Positions 19,270 through 30,108 of a DNA stretch of 64,000 bases are shown piece by piece; positions within the stretch are counted from its first letter, which is position 1, and every line of letters begins with the position of its first letter. The DNA is from Candidatus Kuenenbacteria bacterium HGW-Kuenenbacteria-1. GTDB taxonomy: Bacteria; Patescibacteriota; Patescibacteriia; UBA2591; PGYQ01. The translations under genes and the position numbers were made by a program. The notes under the pieces are model-generated. The model made no database searches and was not told the DNA's origin. It worked only from the letters and a program-made list of their open reading frames with translations. The stretch lies in assembly GCA_002839745.1 (NCBI GenBank), contig PGYQ01000002.1:21515-85514 (forward strand), given 5' to 3'.

Positions 19270-20238
19270 TTAAAAATAATTTAAAAACATTTTTTCTTTA
19301 ACTTTCTTTAATGTTTCCATTGTCACTGCTCTTGCTTTTTTTGCGCCATTAAAAAGTATTTCTTCAACAAGTTTTGGATTTCGTTCATACTCTACTCTTC
19401 GTTCTTGAATTGGTTTTAGTTTTTTAATAATCGCCATTGCTAACAAAGGTTTTAATTCAGAATATTGAATTGAATCATTTTTAAATTGCTCATTAAATTT
19501 TTTAATCGCGTCTTGATCATCTGAAAATTGTTCTAATAAATTAATTAAATTTTTTCCGCCTATTTTATTAGTCAAAGCGCTTTTAATTTTAGATTTAATT
19601 TCGCCTTCTGAATCAGTAAGCATAATTACATTTCCAAGGCTTTTACTCATTTTTCGACCATCCATCCCCAAAACGCGTGGGAAATTACTTAATTTTGCTT
19701 TTGGTTCCTTGAGTGTTTCTCCATAAATACGATTAAACTTTCTAACAATTTCTCGCGCTTGTTCTATTACTGGAAGTTGATCTTCGCCAACCGGAACTAA
19801 ATCAGCTTGAAACGCAGTGATATCAGCCGCTTGACTAATTGGATATCCTAAAAATCCAAAAGTCACATCATCTTTGAATAAATCTTTTCGTTGTTGAATT
19901 TCTTCCTTAACGGTTGGATTGCGTTTAAGACGATTGACTGTCACAAGATTTGAATAAAAAATAGTTAATTCCGCAATTTCGGGAATCAATGATTGAATAA
20001 AAATAGTTGATTTTTTTGGATCAATGCCAACAGCAAGATTATCCATCGCAACTTCATAAACATTTTGTCTTACTTTTTGAGGATTATTAAAATTGTCAGT
20101 TAACGCTTGAACGTCCGCAATCATAATATATGTGTCATATTTATCTTGCAAAGCAACTCGATTTTTTAATGATCCGCAAAAATGACCAATATGAAGTTGC
20201 CCTGTTGGTCTATCGCCAGTAAGAATTATTTTTTTCAT
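19270..20238 (-). CDS. trpS: tryptophan--tRNA ligase
   Basis: TGDRPTGQLHIGH, YPISQAADI, VPVGEDQ, KMSKS. Confidence 0.97.
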   Translation of the reverse strand: MKKIILTGDRPTGQLHIGHFCGSLKNRVALQDKYDTYIMIADVQALTDNFNNPQKVRQNVYEVAMDNLAVGIDPKKSTIFIQSLIPEIAELTIFYSNLVTVNRLKRNPTVKEEIQQRKDLFKDDVTFGFLGYPISQAADITAFQADLVPVGEDQLPVIEQAREIVRKFNRIYGETLKEPKAKLSNFPRVLGMDGRKMSKSLGNVIMLTDSEGEIKSKIKSALTNKIGGKNLINLLEQFSDDQDAIKKFNEQFKNDSIQYSELKPLLAMAIIKKLKPIQERRVEYERNPKLVEEILFNGAKKARAVTMETLKKVKEKMFLNYF

Positions 20239-20245
20239 AATAGAT

Positions 20246-21454
20246 TTAAATTAAATTTTTTTTATTTAAAAAATCTCTTATATTAATATGTTTTATACCT
20301 TTATAATCACTTTTATCTATCATCTCATCAGATGAAATAACAATTTTTGGATAATTATCTTGAATCGCTAATAAATTACCGAACTCTCTCTTTTTATTTT
20401 CATCTGTAATTAAATAAGCCACTTGAATATAAATTTTTTTATTTTGTTTTTCACAAACAAAATCCACTTCCTTGTTTTTTAATTGCCCAATAGTCACTTT
20501 ATAACCCAATATCTGTAAATGCAAAAATACCAAATTTTCCATAATTTTATTTATATCTATTTGTTTATAACCAGTAATAGAATGCCTTAATCCCAAATCT
20601 TCAAAATAATATTTATCATTGATTTCAAAAATTTTTTTACCTTGAATATCTGTTCTTAAAACCTTAAACACAAAAAAGGCATTAATTAAAAATAATAAAT
20701 AATCCAAAACAATATTGGGCGAAATATTAATTTTTTGTGATTTTAAAAAATCGCTAATTTTTTTAGATGAAACCAAACTGCCAACATTATCTGCGAGATA
20801 ACTAATTAAACTTTCTAAAAAATAAATATTACGAATTTTATATCTTTCAACAACATCTTTTAAGAGAATAGTATTATAAATACTTTTTAAATAATCAAAA
20901 ACAATCTCATCGTTTAATTTTAAATTTATTAAATATGGCAAACCTCCATACTTAATAAATTTTAAAAAAGAATCTTGATTTTCTTCTAATTTATGAAATG
21001 TTAAAAATTCAAAATAAGATAATCCAAAAACCTTAATTTCTATATAACGACCACTTAAAAAAGTAGCTAATTCGCCAGACAATAATCTTGCGTTACTACC
21101 AGTGCAATATATATCATATCCTTTTTTAGCCTTTAAACTTCTTAATGCTTTTTCAAATTTTTCAATGTCCTGAATTTCATCAATAAAAACATAATTTTTT
21201 TTTGTTTTAGTTTTTTCTTTAATGTAATTTAAAAGATCTTGATAATTTTTTATATTATCAAACTCATTTAATTCTTTATTAATATAAATAATATTTGCTT
21301 TTTTATGTTTTTGCTTAATTAAATCCATTATTTGAAAAAGTAAATAACTCTTACCAACTCTACGTTGACCAATAATAACCTTAATAATATCCTTATCAAT
21401 AAATGGTTCAACTCTATCAAGATAAATTGGACGTTTAATATATGTTTTAATCAT
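20246..21454 (-). CDS. AAA+ ATPase (AAA_14 + DUF4143 type)
   Basis: GQRRVGKS, FIDEIQ, TGSNA, KYYFEDLG, EVDFV, YIQV. Confidence 0.88.
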   Translation of the reverse strand: MIKTYIKRPIYLDRVEPFIDKDIIKVIIGQRRVGKSYLLFQIMDLIKQKHKKANIIYINKELNEFDNIKNYQDLLNYIKEKTKTKKNYVFIDEIQDIEKFEKALRSLKAKKGYDIYCTGSNARLLSGELATFLSGRYIEIKVFGLSYFEFLTFHKLEENQDSFLKFIKYGGLPYLINLKLNDEIVFDYLKSIYNTILLKDVVERYKIRNIYFLESLISYLADNVGSLVSSKKISDFLKSQKINISPNIVLDYLLFLINAFFVFKVLRTDIQGKKIFEINDKYYFEDLGLRHSITGYKQIDINKIMENLVFLHLQILGYKVTIGQLKNKEVDFVCEKQNKKIYIQVAYLITDENKKREFGNLLAIQDNYPKIVISSDEMIDKSDYKGIKHINIRDFLNKKNLI

Positions 21455-21512
21455 ACTTAAAATTTTTTAAATTATTTCATAAGTTTTAAGTATACATAAA
21501 ACTTTTTTATTG

Positions 21513-23240
21513 TCAAATTCCTTTGTTGAAGTTGTTGAAGACTGTCTTCAATAAATCTTTTATTTTAATTAACTCAAATTTTTCTTGTCCTCGTCTTTTT
21601 AATTCCACACAGTTTTCTTTTAAAGTTTTTTCACTAATCACAATACGCAAAGGAATTCCAATTAAATCTGCATCAGCAAATTTTTCACCAGCACGCATAT
21701 TTTCCCGATCATCATAAAGAACCTCAATCCCCTTTTTAATCATCGCATCATATAATTTATCAGCTTCTTTTTCCGCGCCAACTAAAGCAATTAAATAAAC
21801 TTGAAATGGTGCAACTGCTTCTGGCCAAATTATTCCTTTTTCATCGTGAAATTTTTCCACAATTGTCGCCATTGTTCGTCCAATGCCAATGCCATAACAA
21901 CCCATATAAAATGGTTTTTCTTTACCATCAACATCCATATAAACCGCGCCTTTCATTAAATTTGTATAATGATAACCCAATTGAAAAATATTTCCTACTT
22001 CAATCCCACGTTTTTCAATTAATTTTCCATTTTCATTTAAACTTTCATATCCATTTTTAACCAAAGCAATATCGCCTTCAATGTCTGGCTGATAATCGCG
22101 ATCAATATTAATATTCATTAAATCTTTATTTTTTTTATTGCTTCCGCCATAAGCATTAGTAATTGTTCGCAAAGAATTATCAGCAATAATAATTAATTTT
22201 ACATTTTTTTCTAATAAATCTTTTATTTTAACCGGCGAAATAAAACCAGGTTCTGAATATAATTTTTCTCTAATTTCCTCGTCTGTAGCATGACGCAAAG
22301 TTACAATTTTTAAAATTTTTTTTAATTTAATTTCATTCACATCAAAATCACCTCTAATAATAGCTAAAATAAATTGGCCATTTTCATCCACAAAAACCAC
22401 ATCTTTGATTTGTTGCCAAAGCGGTAAATTATGGAATTTAACACCATGTTCCATTGTTAAACCTCGTTCAGCTCTAACTTCTATGAGCGCTAATAATTTT
22501 TCATTGCTATTCTTATCTTCTTTTTTAAAAAGAGCAGTGTCTTCTTGGCTAACATAATTTTTATTTTCAGAAATAAAATATTTATCCTCGCCAATTTCTG
22601 ATTCAACAACAAATTCATGACAATATTCTCCACCAATATAACCATTATCAGATTCTACAATTTCAGTTTTTAATCCCAAATGTTCAAAAATTCTAAAATA
22701 AACTTTTTTCATTTTTTCATATTCAATCTTAAAATCCTCTTCATCGCGATGAAAAGAATATCCATCTTTCATTATAAATTCACGAACGCGTAATAATCCT
22801 CCACGAGCTCGCAATTCATCACGAAATTTTGGAGAAAATTGGTAAAGACGAATTGGCAAATCACGATAACTTAATTTAAATTGACGAATTAAGTCCACAA
22901 ACATTTCCTCTGCTGTTCCGCCTAACGCAAATTCTGCGCCTCGACGATCTTTTACTTTCATTAATTCAAAACCAGCTGAGCTTGTTCGATTAGTTTCTTC
23001 CCATAATTCTAATGGATGTAAAATAGGTGTGATCATTTCTTGATAATCAGTATTATCCATTTCTTCTTTAATAATTTGCATTATTTTTTGTTGAACTAAA
23101 TGTCCAATTGGTAAAAAATAATAACGACCAGCAACGGATTCAGAAATAAACCCGCCTTGTTTGAGTAATTTTGATGAGATAATTTTATCATCATTAGATA
23201 CGGTTTTTGAAGTTTTTAAAAAATAACGAGAAAATCTCAT
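21513..23240 (-). CDS. proS: proline--tRNA ligase with editing domain
   Basis: FRDELRARGGLLRVREFIMKD, GIEVGNIFQLG, MGCYGIGIGR, ADADLIGIP. Confidence 0.97.
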   Translation of the reverse strand: MRFSRYFLKTSKTVSNDDKIISSKLLKQGGFISESVAGRYYFLPIGHLVQQKIMQIIKEEMDNTDYQEMITPILHPLELWEETNRTSSAGFELMKVKDRRGAEFALGGTAEEMFVDLIRQFKLSYRDLPIRLYQFSPKFRDELRARGGLLRVREFIMKDGYSFHRDEEDFKIEYEKMKKVYFRIFEHLGLKTEIVESDNGYIGGEYCHEFVVESEIGEDKYFISENKNYVSQEDTALFKKEDKNSNEKLLALIEVRAERGLTMEHGVKFHNLPLWQQIKDVVFVDENGQFILAIIRGDFDVNEIKLKKILKIVTLRHATDEEIREKLYSEPGFISPVKIKDLLEKNVKLIIIADNSLRTITNAYGGSNKKNKDLMNINIDRDYQPDIEGDIALVKNGYESLNENGKLIEKRGIEVGNIFQLGYHYTNLMKGAVYMDVDGKEKPFYMGCYGIGIGRTMATIVEKFHDEKGIIWPEAVAPFQVYLIALVGAEKEADKLYDAMIKKGIEVLYDDRENMRAGEKFADADLIGIPLRIVISEKTLKENCVELKRRGQEKFELIKIKDLLKTVFNNFNKGI

Positions 23241-23261
23241 AAAATTTTGATTTTAAATAAA

Positions 23262-24167
23262 CTATTTTATTTTATTACTCATTCTAATCCTTTCCCAAAC
23301 AACCAATGTCGGACAAGCGACAAAAATAGAAGAATAAGTCCCTGCAGTAATTCCAATAATCAAAGCCAAAATAAAATCTCTAACTGAAGCGCCACCAAAA
23401 AAGAAAACAGCAAATAATGATAATAAAACAGTTAAAGAAGTATTTATAGAGCGAACAATGGTTTCATTTATGCTAATATTTACTGTGTCTTCAAAATCCT
23501 TGCCTTTTGATTTTAAAAGATTTTCTCTTAAACGATCAAAAATAATAATTGTATCATGGTTTGAATATCCTAAAATAGTTAATAGCGCAATAATAAAAGT
23601 AGCTCCTATTTCAATCCCTAAAAAATGTCCCATTAATGAAAAAGCACCCAAAGTAATAATAATATCATGAACCAAAACAATAATGGCAATTAAACCATAT
23701 TTCCACGAACTAATTGGTTTGGAAATTTTTCTAAACGCCCAAGCAATATAAATAATAATAATAATAAGCGCTATTATTGTGGCATGTATCGCTTTTTCTT
23801 TTGTTTCTTTACCAATTGTCGGTCCAATTGATTCAAATTTTTTTTCTTCAATTTTATTTTCTGGCGAAATTTCTTGCAACTTTGTAATTATTTGTTGATG
23901 CATTTCCTCCTCAATGCTTTTTGTTTTAATAATTACACCTTTTGTGTTTGTTAGTTGAACACTTGCCTCTCCAAGATTTAAAGTATTAATTTTTTCTTTA
24001 ATTTGTTCTACGGTCGGTCTACTATTTTTAAATTCTATTTCCATTAAAGTTCCACCAGTAAAATCAATATTAGGCTTTAATTGCCAAAAAATTAAACTAG
24101 CAATACTAATAATTACCAACGCGCTTGAAATGAAAAAATAAATTTTTTGATGTTTTATTATATTCAT
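23262..24167 (-). CDS. secF: protein translocase subunit SecF
   Basis: IDFTGG, IGPTIG, HDII, DTIIIFDRLRE, RSINTS, GTYSSIFVA. Confidence 0.96.
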   Translation of the reverse strand: MNIIKHQKIYFFISSALVIISIASLIFWQLKPNIDFTGGTLMEIEFKNSRPTVEQIKEKINTLNLGEASVQLTNTKGVIIKTKSIEEEMHQQIITKLQEISPENKIEEKKFESIGPTIGKETKEKAIHATIIALIIIIIYIAWAFRKISKPISSWKYGLIAIIVLVHDIIITLGAFSLMGHFLGIEIGATFIIALLTILGYSNHDTIIIFDRLRENLLKSKGKDFEDTVNISINETIVRSINTSLTVLLSLFAVFFFGGASVRDFILALIIGITAGTYSSIFVACPTLVVWERIRMSNKIK

Positions 24168-24193
24168 AAAAATAAATTTTTAGTTTATAGCTA

Positions 24194-24270
24194 TTACACG
24201 GGTTCAACCTGTGTATTTTTTTAAAAAAAACGTCATCGCGCACTGAGTGTCAAGAGTTGAACTTCCGACA
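24194..24270. repeat. two REP-like palindromes in the secD-secF spacer
   Basis: TACACGGGTTCAACCTGTGTA and degenerate TGTCAAGAGTTGAACTTCCGACA. Confidence 0.5.
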
Positions 24271-24328
24271 TTAGCACATTGGATAATAATAAATAAAATT
24301 TAAAATTATTTTAGTTTGTCAAATGTTT

Positions 24329-25987
24329 CTATGTTTTTATTTTTTGCGGTTTTAATTTTATTAGGGTTGTTAATTTTAATAATGTTCTTGTGATTGTAAT
24401 AGCTGAAAACATACTCACTAAAACACCGATGCTTAAAGTAATTCCAAACCCTCGAATCATACTTGTTCCAAACCAAAAAAGAATAAAACAAGTAATTAAT
24501 GTTGAAACATTGCTATCGCGAATTGAAAGCCAGGCGCGTTTAAATCCTTCTTCAATTGCTAAATCGCGCGGTTTGCCCGCTTTTAATTCTTCTCTGATTC
24601 TTGAAAAAATTAAAATATTGGCATCCACCGCCATTCCAATAGATAAAATAAAACCAGCAATGCCAGCTAAAGTTAAAGTAACTGGAATTAATTTAAATAT
24701 CGCTAAAACAATTATCGTATAAATTCCTAATGCTAAAACGGCCAAAAATCCTTTGGAACGATAAAATAAAATCATATACAAAGCAACTAAAATTAATCCA
24801 ATTTTTCCGGCTTTGCAACTTTCATCAATAGAAATTTTTCCCAAACTAGGACCAATAGTTTGTTGACTAATTAATTTAATGGGTACAGGCAAAGCGCCTG
24901 CATTGAGACGTTTAATTAATTCTTGCGCTTCTGGTAAGGAAAAATTTCCTGAAATTATTGCTTGTCCTGAAGTAATTGCTTCATTAACAACCGGCGTACT
25001 AATAGGCACTCCATCTAAAAATATTGCCACTGGTTTTTTAATATTTCTTTTTGTAATTTCTCCAAATAATTTTTTCCCTTCATTATTAAATTCTATGCCC
25101 ACCTGAGGTTCATTAGTATTATTGTTAAATTCTAAATATGATTTTTTTAATTGTTTTCCAGTCAAGCCTGTATATTTCCAAGGATCTTTATAAGGAATAT
25201 AATCTCTTTCTGATTTAGTTTTAATTAAAATATGACTAGTTTTTATTTCTTGAATTTTTTCTTTATTTTTTATTGTTTCTCTTTCGTCAGTCTTTTTGAT
25301 AATATGATAACCAAAATCTGTTTTTACTAATTTTTGGGTTATCTCATCTTTTTTTAAAGCAAAAACTGCTTCTTCAAATTCAGGCACCATCATCCCTTTA
25401 CTAAACCATCCCAAGTCCCCTCCCTTTTCTTTGCTTGGACAATCAGAAAATTCTTTCGCTAAATTTGAAAAATCCTCATGCTTTAAAACTTTTTGCAAAA
25501 CATCTTCAGCTTTTTTTTGAGCAATCGCATTATATACTTCTATTTCTTTTTTTTGCTCTTCAGTTAATACAGGCGCTGGTGTATTGTCTTGTTCTTTAAA
25601 TTCTAAAATAGGAGTTTGACCAATCATTCCAATTGCCTGATTTACATCTTTAATTCCCGGCAATTCAACAATGATTCTTTTATTTTCTTTTACTTTGGTC
25701 ACCTGAACAATTGGTTCGGAAATTCCAAACACATTAATTCTTTTTTCAATTACATCACGAGCCGCCAAAACCGCTGCTTCTCGTTCTTGTAAAGGAATTT
25801 TCGAAACATCAGTTTCATAAACTAAATGAGCCCCGCCTTGTAAATCTAAGCCAAGGTGATATTTTAATTCTTTAAAATATTTTCCAATTTTAATATCTGG
25901 TCCTCCTGGCCAAACAACAACCCCAGCTAAACCAGTTAGAATTAAAATACCGCAAAATGTTAACCAAGTTTTTTTTCGTATAGACAC
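24329..25987 (-). CDS. secD: protein translocase subunit SecD with an inserted parvulin-type PPIase domain
   Basis: LGLDLQGG, IVELPG, AGALPVP, IGMAVDANI; insert LAKEFSDCPSKEKGGDLGWF...MVPEFE...TDFGYHIIK; GTG start. Confidence 0.95.
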   Translation of the reverse strand: MSIRKKTWLTFCGILILTGLAGVVVWPGGPDIKIGKYFKELKYHLGLDLQGGAHLVYETDVSKIPLQEREAAVLAARDVIEKRINVFGISEPIVQVTKVKENKRIIVELPGIKDVNQAIGMIGQTPILEFKEQDNTPAPVLTEEQKKEIEVYNAIAQKKAEDVLQKVLKHEDFSNLAKEFSDCPSKEKGGDLGWFSKGMMVPEFEEAVFALKKDEITQKLVKTDFGYHIIKKTDERETIKNKEKIQEIKTSHILIKTKSERDYIPYKDPWKYTGLTGKQLKKSYLEFNNNTNEPQVGIEFNNEGKKLFGEITKRNIKKPVAIFLDGVPISTPVVNEAITSGQAIISGNFSLPEAQELIKRLNAGALPVPIKLISQQTIGPSLGKISIDESCKAGKIGLILVALYMILFYRSKGFLAVLALGIYTIIVLAIFKLIPVTLTLAGIAGFILSIGMAVDANILIFSRIREELKAGKPRDLAIEEGFKRAWLSIRDSNVSTLITCFILFWFGTSMIRGFGITLSIGVLVSMFSAITITRTLLKLTTLIKLKPQKIKT

Positions 25988-26076
25988 AAAAAAAGAAATT
26001 TTGATTTATAAATTTTAAATTATAAATCAAAAGTAAAAAGTAAAAAGTAAAAAGTAAAAAGTAAAAATATTATAAA

Positions 26077-26646
26077 CTAATTTCCAAAAATTGTAAATTT
26101 ATTAAACGGCCAAGCCCTAATCCATGTTTTTCCTACAATAAATTTTCGTTCTAATGAGCCAAAACCTTCGGCGCTAGAATCAAAACTATGCCCTCGATTA
26201 TCGCCCATAACAAAATATTCATCTTTTCCTAAAGTAATATCAATACTTTTTTCAACCTTATATTTTTCAGGAAGAAATTTATTTTCATCAAAAATTTTTC
26301 CATTAGGATTTTCTTTATTATAAATAGTAATTTCTTTATTAATAATTTTTACTCTTTCTTCGGGTAAACCAATAACTCTTTTAATATAATAATCATTGAG
26401 ACTTTTTGGATATTTAAATACAATTACATCGCCTTTTTGCGGATTACCCAATCGGTAAATAATTTTATTCACAATTAAATATTCGTGATTGTGAAAATTT
26501 GGTTCCATTGAAGCGCCTTTAACATAAAATGGTTGAATCAAAAAATATCTAATAGGAATAACAATGGCTAAAGCAATCAAGGCCATTTGAATAAATTCTA
26601 TAAAAATAGATTTCCAATTTTTATTTTCTGAAATTTCTTTTTGCAT
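26077..26646 (-). CDS. lepB: signal peptidase I
   Basis: GASMEPN, YIKRVIGLP, YFVMGDNR. Confidence 0.95.
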   Translation of the reverse strand: MQKEISENKNWKSIFIEFIQMALIALAIVIPIRYFLIQPFYVKGASMEPNFHNHEYLIVNKIIYRLGNPQKGDVIVFKYPKSLNDYYIKRVIGLPEERVKIINKEITIYNKENPNGKIFDENKFLPEKYKVEKSIDITLGKDEYFVMGDNRGHSFDSSAEGFGSLERKFIVGKTWIRAWPFNKFTIFGN

Positions 26647-26710
26647 AATTCAAAATTTATAATTCAAAATTTATAATTTCTTAATTAATTTAAAATTTAT
26701 AATTCAAAAT

Positions 26711-27826
26711 TTATAATTTCTTAAGCCATTTTCTTTTATTTTGATTGTGCTCTTTAAGCGTTTTACTAAAAACCGTCTCGCCTGTTGGTTTTGATAGAAA
26801 AAATAAATAATCTGTTTCTTGCGGATATATTGCCGCATTAATCGCTGATAGTCCCGGATTGCTAATAGGTCCTGAAGGTAAACCTTTATTAAGATAAGTA
26901 TTGTATGGAGATTCCACGCGTGTATCCTCAAAACTCAATTGTTTTTTATCATTGCCCAAAATATAATTTATTGTGGCGCAAGATTCTAAACGCATTCCTT
27001 CTTTTAGTCTTTTATAAAAAATTCCTGCGACAATTTTTCTGTCATTGTTATTGGGCACTTCTTTCTCAATAATACTGGCTAATGTAATAATTTCAAAAAT
27101 TGTTTTATTTTGTTTTTTAATATCTTCTCTCATTTGACTAGATAATTTTTTATCAAAATTATCCAACATTTTTTTTATAATATCATATTCAGAAGCGTCT
27201 TTATAAATTTGATACGTGTCAGGAAAAAGATAACCTTCTAATGGAATAACCGCAAAAGGATAATTTTTAAGCGTTCTTAATTCGATTAATTTAGAAAAAT
27301 TTCTATTATTTTCATTTAAAAAAGGATTATCAGCTAAAAACGAATATTTTTTTAGCCATGAAGAATCATATATTTCTGTAAAAAAAAATTCTTCCCAAAT
27401 TAATGAATCTGTATTTTTATCTGTAGAAAAAATATTTTTTAAATATTTTGCAATTTCTTTATAATTCCAGCCCTCGATAATTTTGATTGTTGTTTGATTA
27501 GGAATAATTTGTCCAGAAATTAAAATTTGAACAATTTTTTTTATGTTCATCTGAGAAGACAAAAGATAATTTCCAGCTTGAAATTTTTTTCCTAATTTTT
27601 TTTGCCAAATATAAACCTCAAAATCCCACATACTTCTAATTAATTTTTGATCTTTTAAATTTTGGCTAATTTCATTGACTCCTTCTCCTTTTTTAATAAC
27701 AAATTCTTTTGGAAGCGCTTTTATAGCTACTGATGTGGAAATTTGATAATAATAATTTCCTAATCCAATGCCTATTATCAATAAAATAACAATAATTAAA
27801 ATTATTAAAACTTTTACAAATTGCAT
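26711..27826 (-). CDS. mltG: endolytic transglycosylase MltG
   Basis: LEGYLFPDTY, ASIIEKE, SPYNTY, GLPSGPISNPG. Confidence 0.95.
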   Translation of the reverse strand: MQFVKVLIILIIVILLIIGIGLGNYYYQISTSVAIKALPKEFVIKKGEGVNEISQNLKDQKLIRSMWDFEVYIWQKKLGKKFQAGNYLLSSQMNIKKIVQILISGQIIPNQTTIKIIEGWNYKEIAKYLKNIFSTDKNTDSLIWEEFFFTEIYDSSWLKKYSFLADNPFLNENNRNFSKLIELRTLKNYPFAVIPLEGYLFPDTYQIYKDASEYDIIKKMLDNFDKKLSSQMREDIKKQNKTIFEIITLASIIEKEVPNNNDRKIVAGIFYKRLKEGMRLESCATINYILGNDKKQLSFEDTRVESPYNTYLNKGLPSGPISNPGLSAINAAIYPQETDYLFFLSKPTGETVFSKTLKEHNQNKRKWLKKL

Positions 27827-28040
27827 AATAAACGAAAAATAAAAAAACTAAACTCCTTAATATATAGACTCTATTAAAACAATAATTAAATAAAAAAAAT
27901 AAAATGTCAAATTTTTTATCCCATAAAAGCAATAAAATAACCAATTAATTATCTCTTTTAATCCAATTTTATTCCTTTTTACTTTTTCCACAGCTTATTA
28001 TGTTGAACTATGGAAAAAAATGGAGTACAATGTATGTGTA

Positions 28041-28090
28041 ATGGAATATTGTGGATAAAAGTGGGGATAACCCCAAAAACAGTGGATAAC
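28041..28090 (+). promoter_or_regulatory. MraZ-binding direct repeats in the dcw promoter
   Basis: ATGG/GTGG/GTGG at 10-bp spacing (28041, 28051, 28061) plus GTGG at 28082, upstream of mraZ. Confidence 0.6.
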
Positions 28091-28148
28091 TTTAATTAGT
28101 TTGTAAAAAATTCTGCAAAGTGCAACCTAAAAAACTAATTTCTATTTT

Positions 28149-28574
28149 ATGTTCATTGGAGAATATTTTCATACAATTGATGAAAAAGGACGAATGGCTA
28201 TTCCAACTAAATTTCGTTCTGAACTAACTGAAGGTATTGTAATTACTCGAGGGTTAGATGATTGTTTATTTTTATATACATTAGAAGAATGGAAAAGCTT
28301 GGCTCATAAACTTTCTAAACTTTCTATTTCTAAAGCAAACACTAGAGCTTTTTCAAGATTAATGTTAGCTGGAGCAATGGATGTTCAACTAGATAAACAA
28401 GGAAGAATAATCCTTCCTGATTATTTAAGAAAATATGCGGGAATTAAAAAGAAAGCGGTTATAGCTGGATTATTCAATCGTTTAGAAATTTGGGATGAAG
28501 AAAAATGGGAAAAATATAAAACCAATACAGAAAAAACTAGCGAAAGCATTGCCGAAGCTATGGAAGAACTTTAA
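28149..28574 (+). CDS. mraZ: transcriptional regulator MraZ
   Basis: MFIGEY, DEKGR, DKQGRI, LEIWD. Confidence 0.97.
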   Translation: MFIGEYFHTIDEKGRMAIPTKFRSELTEGIVITRGLDDCLFLYTLEEWKSLAHKLSKLSISKANTRAFSRLMLAGAMDVQLDKQGRIILPDYLRKYAGIKKKAVIAGLFNRLEIWDEEKWEKYKTNTEKTSESIAEAMEEL

Positions 28575-28702
28575 AAAAAGTAACCAGTAACAAGTACTCC
28601 ATAACGAGTAATCAGACAAAAAATTATTTTGAATTTACCCGTATTAATTTATAATTCTTTTTACTTATTACTTATTACGTGTTGCTTATTACTTTTGTCT
28701 TT

Positions 28703-29662
28703 ATGCATATTCCTGTTCTTTTAAATGAAGTTATAGAAAATCTAAATATTCAACCCAATCAAAATTTTATTGATTGCACTTTTGGTGATGGCGGACACAC
28801 AATGGCAATATTGAAAAAAAATAAACCAAATGGAATAGTTGTCGGAATTGATTTAAATATAAAAAAATTCGAAGCCAAGGAAAGATTAATTTTAATCAAT
28901 GATAATTTTGCTAATTTGGGAAAAATTATTGATCAATTACGTTCTGATGCTAAATTTCAATCCGCCTTCTGGCAAATAAAATTTCATGGAATTCTTTTAG
29001 ATCTTGGATTTTCAAGTCGTCAACTCGAAGAAGATGAACGTGGATTTAGTTTTCAAAAAGATGAATTTCTTGATATGCGATTTAATAAATTAGATACAGA
29101 TTTAACAGCAGAAAAAATTATTAATACTTATCCAGAAAAAGAATTGGCAAATATTTTTTGGAAATATGGGGAAGAAAAATATTCTCGTTACATTGCTAAA
29201 ATAATAATACAAGAAAGAAAAAAACAAAAAATCTACACAACAAAACAATTAGCAGATTTAATTTATAAAATTTCAAAACTAAAAACTAAAAATTCAAAAT
29301 TTAACGCTAAACATTATATTCATCCAGCAACAAAAGTTTTTCAAGCATTAAGAATTATCGTTAATAATGAACTAGAAAATTTAAAACAAGTTTTACCGCA
29401 AGCAATAAAAATTTTAGAACCAAAAGGAAAAATTTGCGTAATTTCATTTCATTCTTTAGAAGACAGAATTGTTAAACAATTCTTTAAACAAGAATCAAAA
29501 AATTGTATTTGTCCTTCTGAATTTCCTCAATGTATTTGTAATCACAAAACAACTTTAAAAATTATCACTAAGAAAATAATTGTCCCAACTTTTGAAGAAA
29601 TAAAAAAAAATCCGCGTAGCCGTAGCGCAAAAATGAGAGTAGCAGAAAAATTAGCTTTTTAA
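28703..29662 (+). CDS. rsmH: 16S rRNA m4C1402 methyltransferase
   Basis: HIPVLL, DCTFGDGGH, DLGFSS, HPATKVFQALRI, NPRSRSAK. Confidence 0.97.
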   Translation: MHIPVLLNEVIENLNIQPNQNFIDCTFGDGGHTMAILKKNKPNGIVVGIDLNIKKFEAKERLILINDNFANLGKIIDQLRSDAKFQSAFWQIKFHGILLDLGFSSRQLEEDERGFSFQKDEFLDMRFNKLDTDLTAEKIINTYPEKELANIFWKYGEEKYSRYIAKIIIQERKKQKIYTTKQLADLIYKISKLKTKNSKFNAKHYIHPATKVFQALRIIVNNELENLKQVLPQAIKILEPKGKICVISFHSLEDRIVKQFFKQESKNCICPSEFPQCICNHKTTLKIITKKIIVPTFEEIKKNPRSRSAKMRVAEKLAF

Positions 29663-29749
29663 CTTTTAGTTTTTAGAAAATTTAAAACAAAATTAATAAA
29701 ATTAAGACATTAACTTTAAACTTTGCACTTTAAATTTTAAACTTCTTTT

Positions 29750-30070
29750 ATGTCTGTTTTAAAACCCACAAAACAAAAAACAATAAAATCTACATCTAAA
29801 ATAACAAGAAAAATTATTTTAGTTTCAATTATTTTTATGGGATTTTTTTATTTAATACAAACTAATAGCTTAGCTATAAGCGGATTAAAAATTACTGATT
29901 TTAAAAAACAAATAGAAGAATTAAAAAAAGATAATAAACAATTAGAAATAGAATTTTTGCAATTACAAGCTGTTTCAAAAATTGAACAAGCCAGCGAAGA
30001 ATTAAAAATGGTAAAAACTAATAATGCAAAATATTTAAAAGAAACTGGTGAAATAGCTGTAGCAAAATAG
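29750..30070 (+). CDS. ftsL: cell division protein FtsL-like
   Basis: single TM followed by a coiled coil; sits between rsmH and the PBP gene. Confidence 0.65.
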   Translation: MSVLKPTKQKTIKSTSKITRKIILVSIIFMGFFYLIQTNSLAISGLKITDFKKQIEELKKDNKQLEIEFLQLQAVSKIEQASEELKMVKTNNAKYLKETGEIAVAK

Positions 30071-30108
30071 CTTTTAGGAAATTCTAACGAACTTATTTTT
30101 TTTATGTT

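Noticed and set aside
27984-28090. oriC, suggested by DnaA-box-like TGTGGATAA
   Set aside because: Too few boxes, overlapping MraZ repeats, no dnaA nearby; similar single boxes are scattered (1159, 49431, 62373).
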